From assembly GCA_963827235.1 (NCBI GenBank), contig CAWHAE010000012.1, positions 288,001-352,000 on the forward strand: a DNA stretch of 64,000 nt, in the 5' to 3' direction. Of the stretch, positions 48,179 through 57,138 are shown piece after piece. The position numbers and the translations under genes are program-made. The notes beneath the pieces are model-generated. The model did no database searches. It was not told the origin of the DNA and worked only from the letters and a program-made list of their open reading frames with translations. This DNA comes from an uncultured bacterium. GTDB lineage: Bacteria > Chloroflexota > UBA5177 > JANWHV01. Position 1 is the first letter of the stretch; every line of letters begins with the position of its first letter.

Positions 48179-50398
48179 CTAGAGCATCGCTGCCAGCAGG
48201 CGGTCCAGGCGCACCAGATCGTCCTCCAGCTGCCTGAGTGCCGCGATACGCGTCGCAGCCTCTTCCGCCACCGACGTTGCCTCGGCCTCGTCCGCGTGGG
48301 CGGCACCGGATCGTTCGTCGCAGATGCGCGCCAGCTCCTCGGCGATCGCGGCCGTTTGCCACTCCAGATCGGCACGCAATTCCCGGGGCGCGCTGCGGGC
48401 CAGTGCCAGGAGCTCGGCGGACTCGGCGCCGGCCGGCACCGCGAAGCTCAGCGGATTGACGTGCAGGTCGAACGACGGCGGCTCCAGCCCGCGCTCCATG
48501 AACGCGGCACGGGCGCGAGCCGCCACGAGATCCAGCGCCTCCTGCGCGGCGCGCGTGTAGTCCGCGGCTACCGCTCGCAGTGCCGCCAGAAGCGATCGCC
48601 TCAGTTGTTCGTCGCCTTGGGACGGCGCGGCAATCCGCTGTGCCTCCAGTCGCTCCGTCAGTGCCCCGAGTCCACCCACCGTGCCCTGTTCGAGACCGGC
48701 CTGCAGGCGCGCCGTGGCGCCGACCGCGGCGTCCGGCAGACCGGCGGCGGACCGCTTGGCCGCTGCCACCGCTTCAGCCAACTTGCCGGCCGGCGCACTC
48801 CTTCGCTCTGCCGCGCCGCGCTCGGCGACGGCACGGGACACGGCATCGCGCAGTATGCGCACGAAGCGGCGCGCCCGCCCGGCCCGGGCTCGCAGCAGCA
48901 TCGACTCCGCCTCGGGACCGAGCAGCTCGCGCAGGCGCGCCCGCAAGAGCGGTATGCCGGACTCGTCCGGCGCTGCCTTTCGCTGGCGTTGGGCTCGAGC
49001 CGCCTGCAGGGCCGACACGTAGAACGTGTCGGTCCGCGCTCCTTCATCAGCACCCCGGAAAGGACTTGGGAAGTCGGCCAGAATGGCTCGGGCCCTGGTG
49101 CGCAGATTCTCGCGCTCGCCCTCCTCCACGATGGTGTCCCAAAAGTTGATCAGGAACAGCGCGTTGCGATGGTACTCGTTGACCAGCGGGCCGAAGATCG
49201 TTTCTCGCTCGAGGTCGCCAAGTAGCTGGTCCGCGGCCAGCACGAAGAGTATGAGATCGGCCCTGCCCAGGGCGGCCAGCGCGCCGGCCGAACGGCCCGA
49301 CTGCTCGTTCAGGCCCGGCGTGTCCTCGATCTCCACTCCGGACGGCAGGTAGGCGCCGGTGACGCGCACCTCCACCCGCCTGGCCTCGTGCAGGTGCGGA
49401 TCCGGCGGCGCTTCGTCCCCGGCTGCCGGCGTCGCATCGTCTGCTACTCGTACGGCGCCGCGGAATTGCTCGAGCGTCAGCTCCAGAGGCGCCCGCCTGG
49501 TACGGTAGGTGATCGTCGCTCCATCCCTCTCGCCCACTCTCGGCACCCGCAACGCGCAGGCGATCGGTGTGGTGGGAGTCATGCCGGTGGGGAGCGCGAT
49601 CTCGCCGTGGATGCCGAACAGGGCATTGATCAGGGTGGACTTACCACGGCTGAACTCTCCCACGACCACGATCCTGCAGATCGGACTATCCAGCGGGTAC
49701 ATGGGCTGGATGACCGGCACGCCGTGCACACCCAGCTTGCCGGCCAACCCGCTGCAAGCAGAAAGCCAGGCAGGCACCGTCTCGCGGAACCACGCTAGCT
49801 GCGCCGCGGCGCTGCCCGCCGGCGGCCGCACGTCCGGCGGCACGATGGCCCGCGGCGGGTCGCTGGGTGCCCCCGTCCCCGCACCGTCGGGCTTAGAGGT
49901 TCGCGCCTGCCTCTGTAGCTGGGCGATCGCTGCCGGCCATTGCCGGTACTCTTCCTGTCGCGCCAGCCCCTCCACCGCCTGCCGGGCCGTACGCCGTCCG
50001 CGGCTGATCCCGCCGGTCAGCACGCGAAAGCCGCTCTCGAGCGCCTGCGCGGCATCGCGAGCCACGCCCGGACCTATGCGATCGGACAACGCCGGTCCCA
50101 TGTCGTCGGCTGCCGATCCGTCGCGATCGGTTTCCGCGCTGAACGCGAAACGAGACTCCTGCTCGGAGTCTCGCACAGTGTGCCAGACGTGCAGTGCCGG
50201 CAGGACACCGAGCGTCGACTCCACGGATGCGCGCGCGATCGTGCCCACCGGGATGGCGATTCGCGGCTCTCCAGCACCGCGTGGGTCCACGACCAGGCTG
50301 TCGCCCTGGAACCGTAATGTGCCGGCTACCGGCCTGGCGGACTGCCAAGGCACGTCCGCCAGGACCGCGGCCTGCAGCGCCTGGATGTCAATTGCCAA
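48179..50398 (-). CDS. dynamin-like GTPase 2 with long N-terminal extension
   Basis: G1 GEFSRGKST, G2 PTT, G3 DTPG and G4-like NFWD. Overlaps the upstream dynamin gene by 11 bp. Confidence 0.85.
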   Translation of the reverse strand: MAIDIQALQAAVLADVPWQSARPVAGTLRFQGDSLVVDPRGAGEPRIAIPVGTIARASVESTLGVLPALHVWHTVRDSEQESRFAFSAETDRDGSAADDMGPALSDRIGPGVARDAAQALESGFRVLTGGISRGRRTARQAVEGLARQEEYRQWPAAIAQLQRQARTSKPDGAGTGAPSDPPRAIVPPDVRPPAGSAAAQLAWFRETVPAWLSACSGLAGKLGVHGVPVIQPMYPLDSPICRIVVVGEFSRGKSTLINALFGIHGEIALPTGMTPTTPIACALRVPRVGERDGATITYRTRRAPLELTLEQFRGAVRVADDATPAAGDEAPPDPHLHEARRVEVRVTGAYLPSGVEIEDTPGLNEQSGRSAGALAALGRADLILFVLAADQLLGDLERETIFGPLVNEYHRNALFLINFWDTIVEEGERENLRTRARAILADFPSPFRGADEGARTDTFYVSALQAARAQRQRKAAPDESGIPLLRARLRELLGPEAESMLLRARAGRARRFVRILRDAVSRAVAERGAAERRSAPAGKLAEAVAAAKRSAAGLPDAAVGATARLQAGLEQGTVGGLGALTERLEAQRIAAPSQGDEQLRRSLLAALRAVAADYTRAAQEALDLVAARARAAFMERGLEPPSFDLHVNPLSFAVPAGAESAELLALARSAPRELRADLEWQTAAIAEELARICDERSGAAHADEAEATSVAEEAATRIAALRQLEDDLVRLDRLLAAML

Positions 50399-52400
50399 TC
50401 GCTATGCTCTCGAGTTGTGAGACGATCTGGGTGACCTGCGCCACCGCCCGGTCCAGGTGCTGGCGCTCCTGCTCGGTGTCATGCTGGGCCGTCCCAAACT
50501 GCTTGCGCAACGTCTCGACGGTCTCCCTGTGGTCGGTGATCCTGGCGTCGATCTCCTTCTCGATCGCCAGTGCGGCCGTGTCGATCGGCTCCGCGACCTG
50601 GTTCTGCAGGTCTCCCAGCGCAGTCGTGCGCATGGACAGCAGCCGGTCGAGCACTTCCTTTTCCGCGTCGCGCTTCAAGTCGTCGATCAGCTCGTCGTTG
50701 TTCTGCACGGTCGCCACGGCCGCTCCCACCACGAACAGGGGCAGCAATGGCAGGCCGACTGCCACGCCGACCATCCCGGCTGCCAGCTGGTACAGCAGCG
50801 TACGGCCCAGGCCTTTGAATCCATGCGTGCCGCCGGACAGAATGAGGAACGGATCGAGAAGTATGACTCCGATGCTGGCCGCGATGCCCCGCTTGAGCAT
50901 GTCTTCCTGATCCTGGCTGCTGGTGTCGGACGGCTGATCCAGCCCGCCGAGAATGCGCGTCGCCTCGCGCAGCGTCGCCTCGACGTGCATGCCCTCGACG
51001 GCCACCTCCTCGGCCAGGGACTTGAGCTGCGCCTCGACGAAGCCGTTGAGGGACGACGCCCAGGGCTCCAGCTTGCCGATCGCGATCTCGCGAACCTTCT
51101 GCCGCAGCTCGTCGCGGATCTGCTGCCGCCGGAAGCTGTCTTGCATGCCCTCCACAATGCGCTGGGGCAGCTGTTTGCGCGCCCGGAACTCGAAGGCCGC
51201 CACCTCCTCCTTGATCGCCACCTCGACGCGAGGCAGCTCCGTGGTGGCGCGGGATCGGACCTCGTCGCGGATGGCCTGCCTGCGGACCGCGATGCGGTCA
51301 CGGATGGCCTGGCGTGGTCCCTCCAGCTTGCGCAGCGCCTCCTCGGCCGCCTGCACGCGGCGCTCGAACTCGTCGATCCCTGCCGTCAGCGCGGGCCCCC
51401 TGGCCCGCAGGCCGGCCACGGTCTCCGCCGCCAGCGCCCGCCCGCGGGCAATGGATCGCTCAAGGGCAACGCGCCCCGCTTCTTCAACCAGGAAACGTTC
51501 GAGGTCGGCACGGAAGGCGGCAAAAGCGGCGTGCAGGCCGGCGCGCTCCTCCTCGGGTGCCAGGTTCGGCTTGCACGATATCGCGTAGATGCGGTGCGCG
51601 CGCAGGTCCTGGCCGTTGTAGCCCACCTTGGGCTCTGGGACGAACAGCGACCAGGCACGCCTGCTCAAGGCCGCGATCTCGGCACCCGGATCGTCTGCCT
51701 CGTTGAAGATCCGATCCCACTTGTTGATCGCGAAGAAGACGTTGTCGATGTCCTCGTTAGCCAGCCGCGAGCGCACGAACCCCTCATCCTCGCTGCCAAG
51801 CTGCGCTGCGTCGGACACGAAGATGACGGCGTCGGCGGTCGGCAGTGCCTGGTGCGTCACTTCCGTCCGCCTCGTATGCTCGCCGAGCCCGGGCGAGTCG
51901 ACGATGTCGACGCCGTTGCGGCAGATCGCCGCCGGCACGGTCACTTCCGCACGCACGATCCGGGCCAGGCGCCGCTGGTTGTCGGCCTCGTCCGACTGAG
52001 CCAGCGTTATCTCCTCCGCCAGACGGTCCACCGGCACGCTGCGCTCGCTGCCGTCGTCCAGGAGCAGTCTCGCCGACACCTCGTCGCCGTAGCTGACTCT
52101 TGTCAGCACGGCCGTCGTGGGCGCGGCGCCGACCGGCAGCGTGTCGGCGCCAAGAAGAGTGTTGATCAGTGTCGACTTGCCGCGCTTGAACTCGCCGAGC
52201 ACGAGCAGCGTGAAGCGCTGGTGCGCGACCGCTGCCGATTGCTCGCGAATGCGCTCGGCGCGCCCGTGCTGGCCGGCTTCCTCGTTGACCTGCGCCAGCT
52301 CGTCCAGGCAGGCGGCAACGCGAGCGCGCCGCTCCGCGTACTCCTTCAGCGTGTGCTGTTCCAGCGCCTCGCCGGCGTCACTGCTAGTACCTGCAACCAT
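50388..52400 (-). CDS. dynamin-like GTPase 1 (BDLP-like, with hydrophobic paddle)
   Basis: GEFKRGKST, PTT, DSPG, NKWD and a hydrophobic hairpin near the C-terminus. RBS GAGGAGG. Confidence 0.9.
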   Translation of the reverse strand: MVAGTSSDAGEALEQHTLKEYAERRARVAACLDELAQVNEEAGQHGRAERIREQSAAVAHQRFTLLVLGEFKRGKSTLINTLLGADTLPVGAAPTTAVLTRVSYGDEVSARLLLDDGSERSVPVDRLAEEITLAQSDEADNQRRLARIVRAEVTVPAAICRNGVDIVDSPGLGEHTRRTEVTHQALPTADAVIFVSDAAQLGSEDEGFVRSRLANEDIDNVFFAINKWDRIFNEADDPGAEIAALSRRAWSLFVPEPKVGYNGQDLRAHRIYAISCKPNLAPEEERAGLHAAFAAFRADLERFLVEEAGRVALERSIARGRALAAETVAGLRARGPALTAGIDEFERRVQAAEEALRKLEGPRQAIRDRIAVRRQAIRDEVRSRATTELPRVEVAIKEEVAAFEFRARKQLPQRIVEGMQDSFRRQQIRDELRQKVREIAIGKLEPWASSLNGFVEAQLKSLAEEVAVEGMHVEATLREATRILGGLDQPSDTSSQDQEDMLKRGIAASIGVILLDPFLILSGGTHGFKGLGRTLLYQLAAGMVGVAVGLPLLPLFVVGAAVATVQNNDELIDDLKRDAEKEVLDRLLSMRTTALGDLQNQVAEPIDTAALAIEKEIDARITDHRETVETLRKQFGTAQHDTEQERQHLDRAVAQVTQIVSQLESIAIGN

Positions 52401-52453
52401 ATTCGTTCCTCCTCAGTGCACGGGCGCGGGCCGCGACGAGCATCGATACGTGC

Positions 52454-53749
52454 CTAGCCGAGGGCTCCCTGCCGGCGGGCAAGATACTCGATCTTCACGC
52501 GCAGATCCTCGATCACTTTGGGCCACAGAAACTCCTTGGCGGTCCGGTGCCCGGCCGAGCGCAGTCGCTCGGCAAGCGCGGGGCTGCGACGCAGCTCGAG
52601 CAGGTACTCCACCAGCTCGCCCGGGTCGGATGTCTCGGTGACCAGCGTGTTTTGCAGCGAGATCGCGTAGTCCTCGCCGGTACTGCCCACGACTGCTACT
52701 CCGCCCGCTGCCATGACCTCCAGTCCGACCAGGCCGAACGGCTCGTGACCACTGTTGGCCATGGTCGCCGCGGTGCCGGCGTAGAGCAGTCGCACGAACT
52801 CCTCCGGCAGGAAGAATGCCAGGTTGAGCACGTCCGCATGAATGTTCTGCTGCACCAGCTTGATGCAGTCCTTCACCGAGGGGCGCCGCTCGGGCGAGGT
52901 GACGTGGCTGACGTTCATGCCCGCCCAGCCGAGATAGCTCATCACCTCGCGCCCGTGCGGCTCCAGTCCGCCCCGCATCAGCCACAGCACCGGAATACCC
53001 ATGTGCTTGAGCTGCACGACCGCTTCGGCAGCCATCATCCAGCGCTTGTCCGGATCGAAGCGGCCTATCTTCAGCAGGGCGAATCGGTCGCCGAGCACCT
53101 TCTGCAGGGAGGTGAGATGCTTCGCGTCGACCGGGTTCAACGACCGCTCCGGGATGCCGTTCGGAATGACCAGAGGGTTGACTCCCTCCTGCCACATGCG
53201 GTGCTTCATATACCGGCTGACCGTCGTGATCGTCGTGGCATAGCCCAGGCGGCCCCAGTTGATTCGCCAGAACGAGAACACGTTGTTCGCATTCCAGAGG
53301 ATCACCGTGCGATTGCGGATGTGCGCGGCGTGCAGCTGGTCGCTGAGCAGGCACGCGCAATGCGCCGTGTGCCATTCTTCGGCCAGAACGACCAGGAGTT
53401 TGCCGGACGCTTCCGCCGGCCTGGCGATGCGCTCGACCACCCAGCCGGGCACCGACCCGTTGTAGTCGCGCACCTTCTCGTCCTCGCCCTGGTACACCCC
53501 GTTCGGGTAGTAGCCGCTGATCCACTGGCACCAGCGATGCCAATGCAGCCTGCCGTCGTGCAGCGTTTCCTCGCCGGGCAGCGCCGGATCGCCAATGAAG
53601 ATCAGATGCGTCTCGTAGCCCTGTCCGGCAAGACTGTCGGCGAGCTCGGTCACGCGTACGCCCAGACCCCCGGCCTGAGAATAGATGTCCGGCCCCTCGA
53701 ACGACAGAAGAACGAATACCGTGTTATCGGGCTCGATTCTGGTAGTCAT
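52454..53749 (-). CDS. glycosyltransferase family 4 (GT-B)
   Basis: AGGLG, TVSRY, VIPNGI, GRFDPDK and HEPFGLVGLEVMAAG. Confidence 0.88.
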   Translation of the reverse strand: MTTRIEPDNTVFVLLSFEGPDIYSQAGGLGVRVTELADSLAGQGYETHLIFIGDPALPGEETLHDGRLHWHRWCQWISGYYPNGVYQGEDEKVRDYNGSVPGWVVERIARPAEASGKLLVVLAEEWHTAHCACLLSDQLHAAHIRNRTVILWNANNVFSFWRINWGRLGYATTITTVSRYMKHRMWQEGVNPLVIPNGIPERSLNPVDAKHLTSLQKVLGDRFALLKIGRFDPDKRWMMAAEAVVQLKHMGIPVLWLMRGGLEPHGREVMSYLGWAGMNVSHVTSPERRPSVKDCIKLVQQNIHADVLNLAFFLPEEFVRLLYAGTAATMANSGHEPFGLVGLEVMAAGGVAVVGSTGEDYAISLQNTLVTETSDPGELVEYLLELRRSPALAERLRSAGHRTAKEFLWPKVIEDLRVKIEYLARRQGALG

Positions 53750-54105
53750 GGGTCCCCTCATCGTAACTCACTGCACGCGCGGAGAATGAGATTGCGCCCT
53801 TGAAGGCAGTATAGCCAGAGCAGCCTGTATAACGTTGAGGAAACGGCTTCCGTGGCTCGCGGCGGCCGGCAGCCGCGTGAGGGAAGGTCAGGTTCTTTGA
53901 CTCAGCGCACTGCTATGATGTGAGTTAGAATAGCCGTGCGGTGAAGTGCGTCTCCTGCGACACGGAATTCGGAAACCGGACCGGAATCGCTGTGTGCTCG
54001 CGGTGCGTGGAAGTTGCATACTTTTGCCGGCGAGGCCGAGCGCGACGTCGTTGGCTCATGGTGTCTCGTACTGAGCGACCAGAACGGGTATTGGGGAGCT
54101 GAGAG

Positions 54106-56625
54106 ATGAAAGCGGTAGTGATGGCGGGCGGAGAGGGCTCTCGCCTGCGCCCGTTGACGGTCGGCCGGCCGAAGCCGATGGTGCCGGTGGTCAACCGTCC
54201 CGTCATGGAGCACATTCTGCTGCTGCTGAAGCGACACGGCATCACTGAGGTCGTGGTAACCCTGCAATACATGGCCGGCGCCATTCAGAGCTACTTCGGT
54301 GACGGCTCGCAGCTCGGCATGAAGATCGAGTATACGGTTGAGGACGTGCCGCTGGGGACTGCCGGGAGCGTCAAACAGGCGCAGCACCTTCTGACGGAGA
54401 CATTCGTTGTGATCAGCGGCGACGCCTTGACCGACTACGATCTCTCCGCGATCATCGAGAACCACCGGCGCCGGGGCGCCATGGCGACCCTTACCCTGGC
54501 TCGCGTTCCCAACCCGCTGGAGTACGGCGTGGTGATCACCAACGACGACGGCACGGTGCGCCAGTTCCTGGAGAAGCCAAGCTGGAGCGAGGTCTTCAGC
54601 GATACGGTGAACACGGGAATCTATGTGCTGGAACCGAAGGTGCTCAACTACTGCCCGAGCTCGCAGTCGTTTGACTTCAGCCAGGACCTCTTCCCCATCC
54701 TGATGCGTAACGGCGATCCCATATACGGCTACATCGCGGAAGGCTACTGGTGCGATATCGGCAACCTCGAGGAGTACGCCCGTGCTACCCGCGATGTGCT
54801 CGAGGGCCGCGTCCAGGTCGGCCCCATGGGCAAGGACATGGGCAACGGAATCTGGATGGGCGAGCGCGTGGATGTGGCGCCCGACGCCCGTCTCGTGGGA
54901 CCGCTCTGGCTCGGCGACGAAGTGAAGATCGGCCCCGGCGCCGAGATCATCGGGCCGTCCGTGCTGCTCGAAAACGTGATCGTGGACACCATGGCCACGG
55001 TCGAGCGCAGCATTCTCTGGCGCTCGTGCTACATCGGCGAGCGCGCGGAGATACGCGGTGCGCTGCTCACCCGCCAGGTCAGCGTGAAGAGCAATGCCTC
55101 TATCTTCGAGGGTGCGGTGGTCGGCGACGCCTGCACGATCGAAGAAGGTGCGATTATCCGCCCCAACGTCAAGATCTGGCCCAACAAGCAGGTGGAGGCC
55201 GGAGCTACCGTCTCCAGCAGCATCATCTATGGCCAGCAGGGCCGGCGCCTGCTCTTCGGCCGGCATGGGGTCAGCGGTCTCACGAACATCGACATGACGC
55301 CGGAGTTCGCGGCGAAGCTCGGCGCTGCCTACGGCGGCACCCTGCCCATCCACTCCACCGTGGCCGTGAACCGCGATCTCCACCGGCCCTCCCGCATGAT
55401 CAAGCGCGGCATCATCTCCGGCCTCACCTCGGCCGGAATCAGCGTGCTCGATCTGCAGTCCCTTCCGCTTCCCGCCGCGCGCTACTTCACGCGCGTGTCC
55501 TCCGTGCTCGGCGCGGCGCACGTGCGCGTGTCGCTCAACGACTCACGCATGATCGACGTCAAGCTGATCGACAGGAACGGCCGCGACGCCGACCGCCAGA
55601 TGGAGCGCAAGGTCGAGAGCCTGTTCTTCCGCGAGGACTTCCGTCGCTCGCAGATCGACGAGATCGGTCTCATCACCTATGCACCCGAGGCGGAGTGGCG
55701 CTACCGGGAGGGCTTCCTGCGGGCCATCGACGCCGAGGCGGTGGCCATCTCTACGCCGCACCTGGTGATCGATTACGGCCAGGGTACTACCGCGAGCATC
55801 CTTCCGGGCCTCCTGGCCCAGCTCGGCTGCAAGGTCGTGGCTCTCAGCGCGGGCGTCGAAGACAACCGGCTGACCCAGGCCAAGGGCGACCCGGTGGAAA
55901 CGCTCCGGCAGCTGCAGGCCATCACCGCCGCCCTGCCGACGGAGCTCGGCGTGGGCATGGAGATGAGCGGCGAGCGCGTCTCGCTCGTCGACGGGCAGGG
56001 CCGCGCGGTGCCGCCCATGACGGCGTTGGCCGCCGTGACCTCGCTGGTGCTGCAGTCGGAGAGCGGCAACGTGGACCGCAACGGCGCGCCGCCTGTCGTG
56101 GTGGCCGTGCCGGTGACCGCGCCCAGCATCCTGGAGACGATTGCCGAGCGCTATGGCGGGCAGATTCTCCGCACCAAGGCCAACAGCCAGGCAATCATGG
56201 TGGCGGCCACCGGCGAGAACGTCGTCCTGGCCGGTGACGGCGAAGGCGGCCTGATCTTCCCGCGCTTCCACCCCAGCTTCGACGGCATGTTCGCCGTGGC
56301 CAAGGTCCTGGAGCTGCTGGCTGTGCAGGGCACCTCGTTTGGCGCCGTCGTCTCCTCGCTGCCGCGCTACTACCAGAGCACGACCAGCGTGACCTGCGCC
56401 TGGGAAGTCAAGGGCAGGGTCATGCGCATGCTGAACGAAAACTTCCGCAGCCAGCGTGGGCGCCACATAGACGGCATTCGCATCGAGCTCGGCGAGGACT
56501 GGGTCCTCGTGCTCCCGGACGCCGACCGCCCGCTGTTCCACATCGTGGCCGAAGCGCGCAGCGAACAGGCGGCAAAGTCTCTCGCCGAGGAGTATGCGTC
56601 GGTCGTCAACGGCTTGCAGCACTGA
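54106..56625 (+). CDS. mannose-1-phosphate guanylyltransferase-like nucleotidyltransferase fused to LbH and a phosphomannomutase-like domain
   Basis: [35 protein letters not shown] and hexapeptide repeats, then LFG..GVSG and a PGM/PMM-type C-terminus (DGIRI...WVLVLPD). Confidence 0.9.
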   Translation: MKAVVMAGGEGSRLRPLTVGRPKPMVPVVNRPVMEHILLLLKRHGITEVVVTLQYMAGAIQSYFGDGSQLGMKIEYTVEDVPLGTAGSVKQAQHLLTETFVVISGDALTDYDLSAIIENHRRRGAMATLTLARVPNPLEYGVVITNDDGTVRQFLEKPSWSEVFSDTVNTGIYVLEPKVLNYCPSSQSFDFSQDLFPILMRNGDPIYGYIAEGYWCDIGNLEEYARATRDVLEGRVQVGPMGKDMGNGIWMGERVDVAPDARLVGPLWLGDEVKIGPGAEIIGPSVLLENVIVDTMATVERSILWRSCYIGERAEIRGALLTRQVSVKSNASIFEGAVVGDACTIEEGAIIRPNVKIWPNKQVEAGATVSSSIIYGQQGRRLLFGRHGVSGLTNIDMTPEFAAKLGAAYGGTLPIHSTVAVNRDLHRPSRMIKRGIISGLTSAGISVLDLQSLPLPAARYFTRVSSVLGAAHVRVSLNDSRMIDVKLIDRNGRDADRQMERKVESLFFREDFRRSQIDEIGLITYAPEAEWRYREGFLRAIDAEAVAISTPHLVIDYGQGTTASILPGLLAQLGCKVVALSAGVEDNRLTQAKGDPVETLRQLQAITAALPTELGVGMEMSGERVSLVDGQGRAVPPMTALAAVTSLVLQSESGNVDRNGAPPVVVAVPVTAPSILETIAERYGGQILRTKANSQAIMVAATGENVVLAGDGEGGLIFPRFHPSFDGMFAVAKVLELLAVQGTSFGAVVSSLPRYYQSTTSVTCAWEVKGRVMRMLNENFRSQRGRHIDGIRIELGEDWVLVLPDADRPLFHIVAEARSEQAAKSLAEEYASVVNGLQH

Positions 56626-56641
56626 CGGCGCCTCGATACCA

Positions 56642-56657
56642 TGTTTCATGTGAAACG
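56642..56657. promoter_or_regulatory. canonical chromosomal parS site
   Basis: TGTTTCATGTGAAACG, 14/16 match to TGTTTCACGTGAAACA; intergenic and AT-rich in a GC-rich background. Confidence 0.75.
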
Positions 56658-57138
56658 GGCCCGGCATCAGGCACCGTCCGGCTTCTGCTGCGCCTCGCGC
56701 CGCCCGCTGCGGCGTAGTCCACGATCGTGAAGCCATCGCTCGCGGCCGTTGTGCTATGGCCCGCAGTGGTCGTGATGCCGTTGTCGTTAGCGGCCCAGCG
56801 CCCGGCCCGCGACGTTCGGCGTCATGCCCGGCGAAACTTGATAGCGCTCGGCAAAATAGCCACTATGCCGCAGATCGTCCTCTTGCCCCGCTCGTCCGGC
56901 GCGCGTAGCTCCAGCGCCAGGGCTTGCAACAAGGGGCGGACGAGCTCAAGCCCACGAGTCGAAAGGCGCACGCAGCGGCCGGGTCGCCCTGCCTGAGGGC
57001 GCGCGCCGGCACGCTCGGATCCTGCGCCTGCGCGCATCACGCTTTCTTCTGCCTGCCTTTCGGCCAGCATTCCCAGGATGAGCCGGCCAATGCCTGACGG
57101 CGCGCACAGCGTACATGTACCTCCTGCCTTGGGGCCGG

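Noticed and set aside
45540-52400. Integrated plasmid or prophage around parAB
   Set aside because: No rep, integrase, relaxase, tRNA target or phage structural gene is evident; only the par module is supported.
2817-56736. Many long antisense or alternate-frame ORFs (e.g. 2817-4028, 30860-32683, 37702-39312, 50457-52457, 53902-55521)
   Set aside because: They are shadows of well-supported genes, expected in GC-rich DNA, and contain no recognisable motifs.
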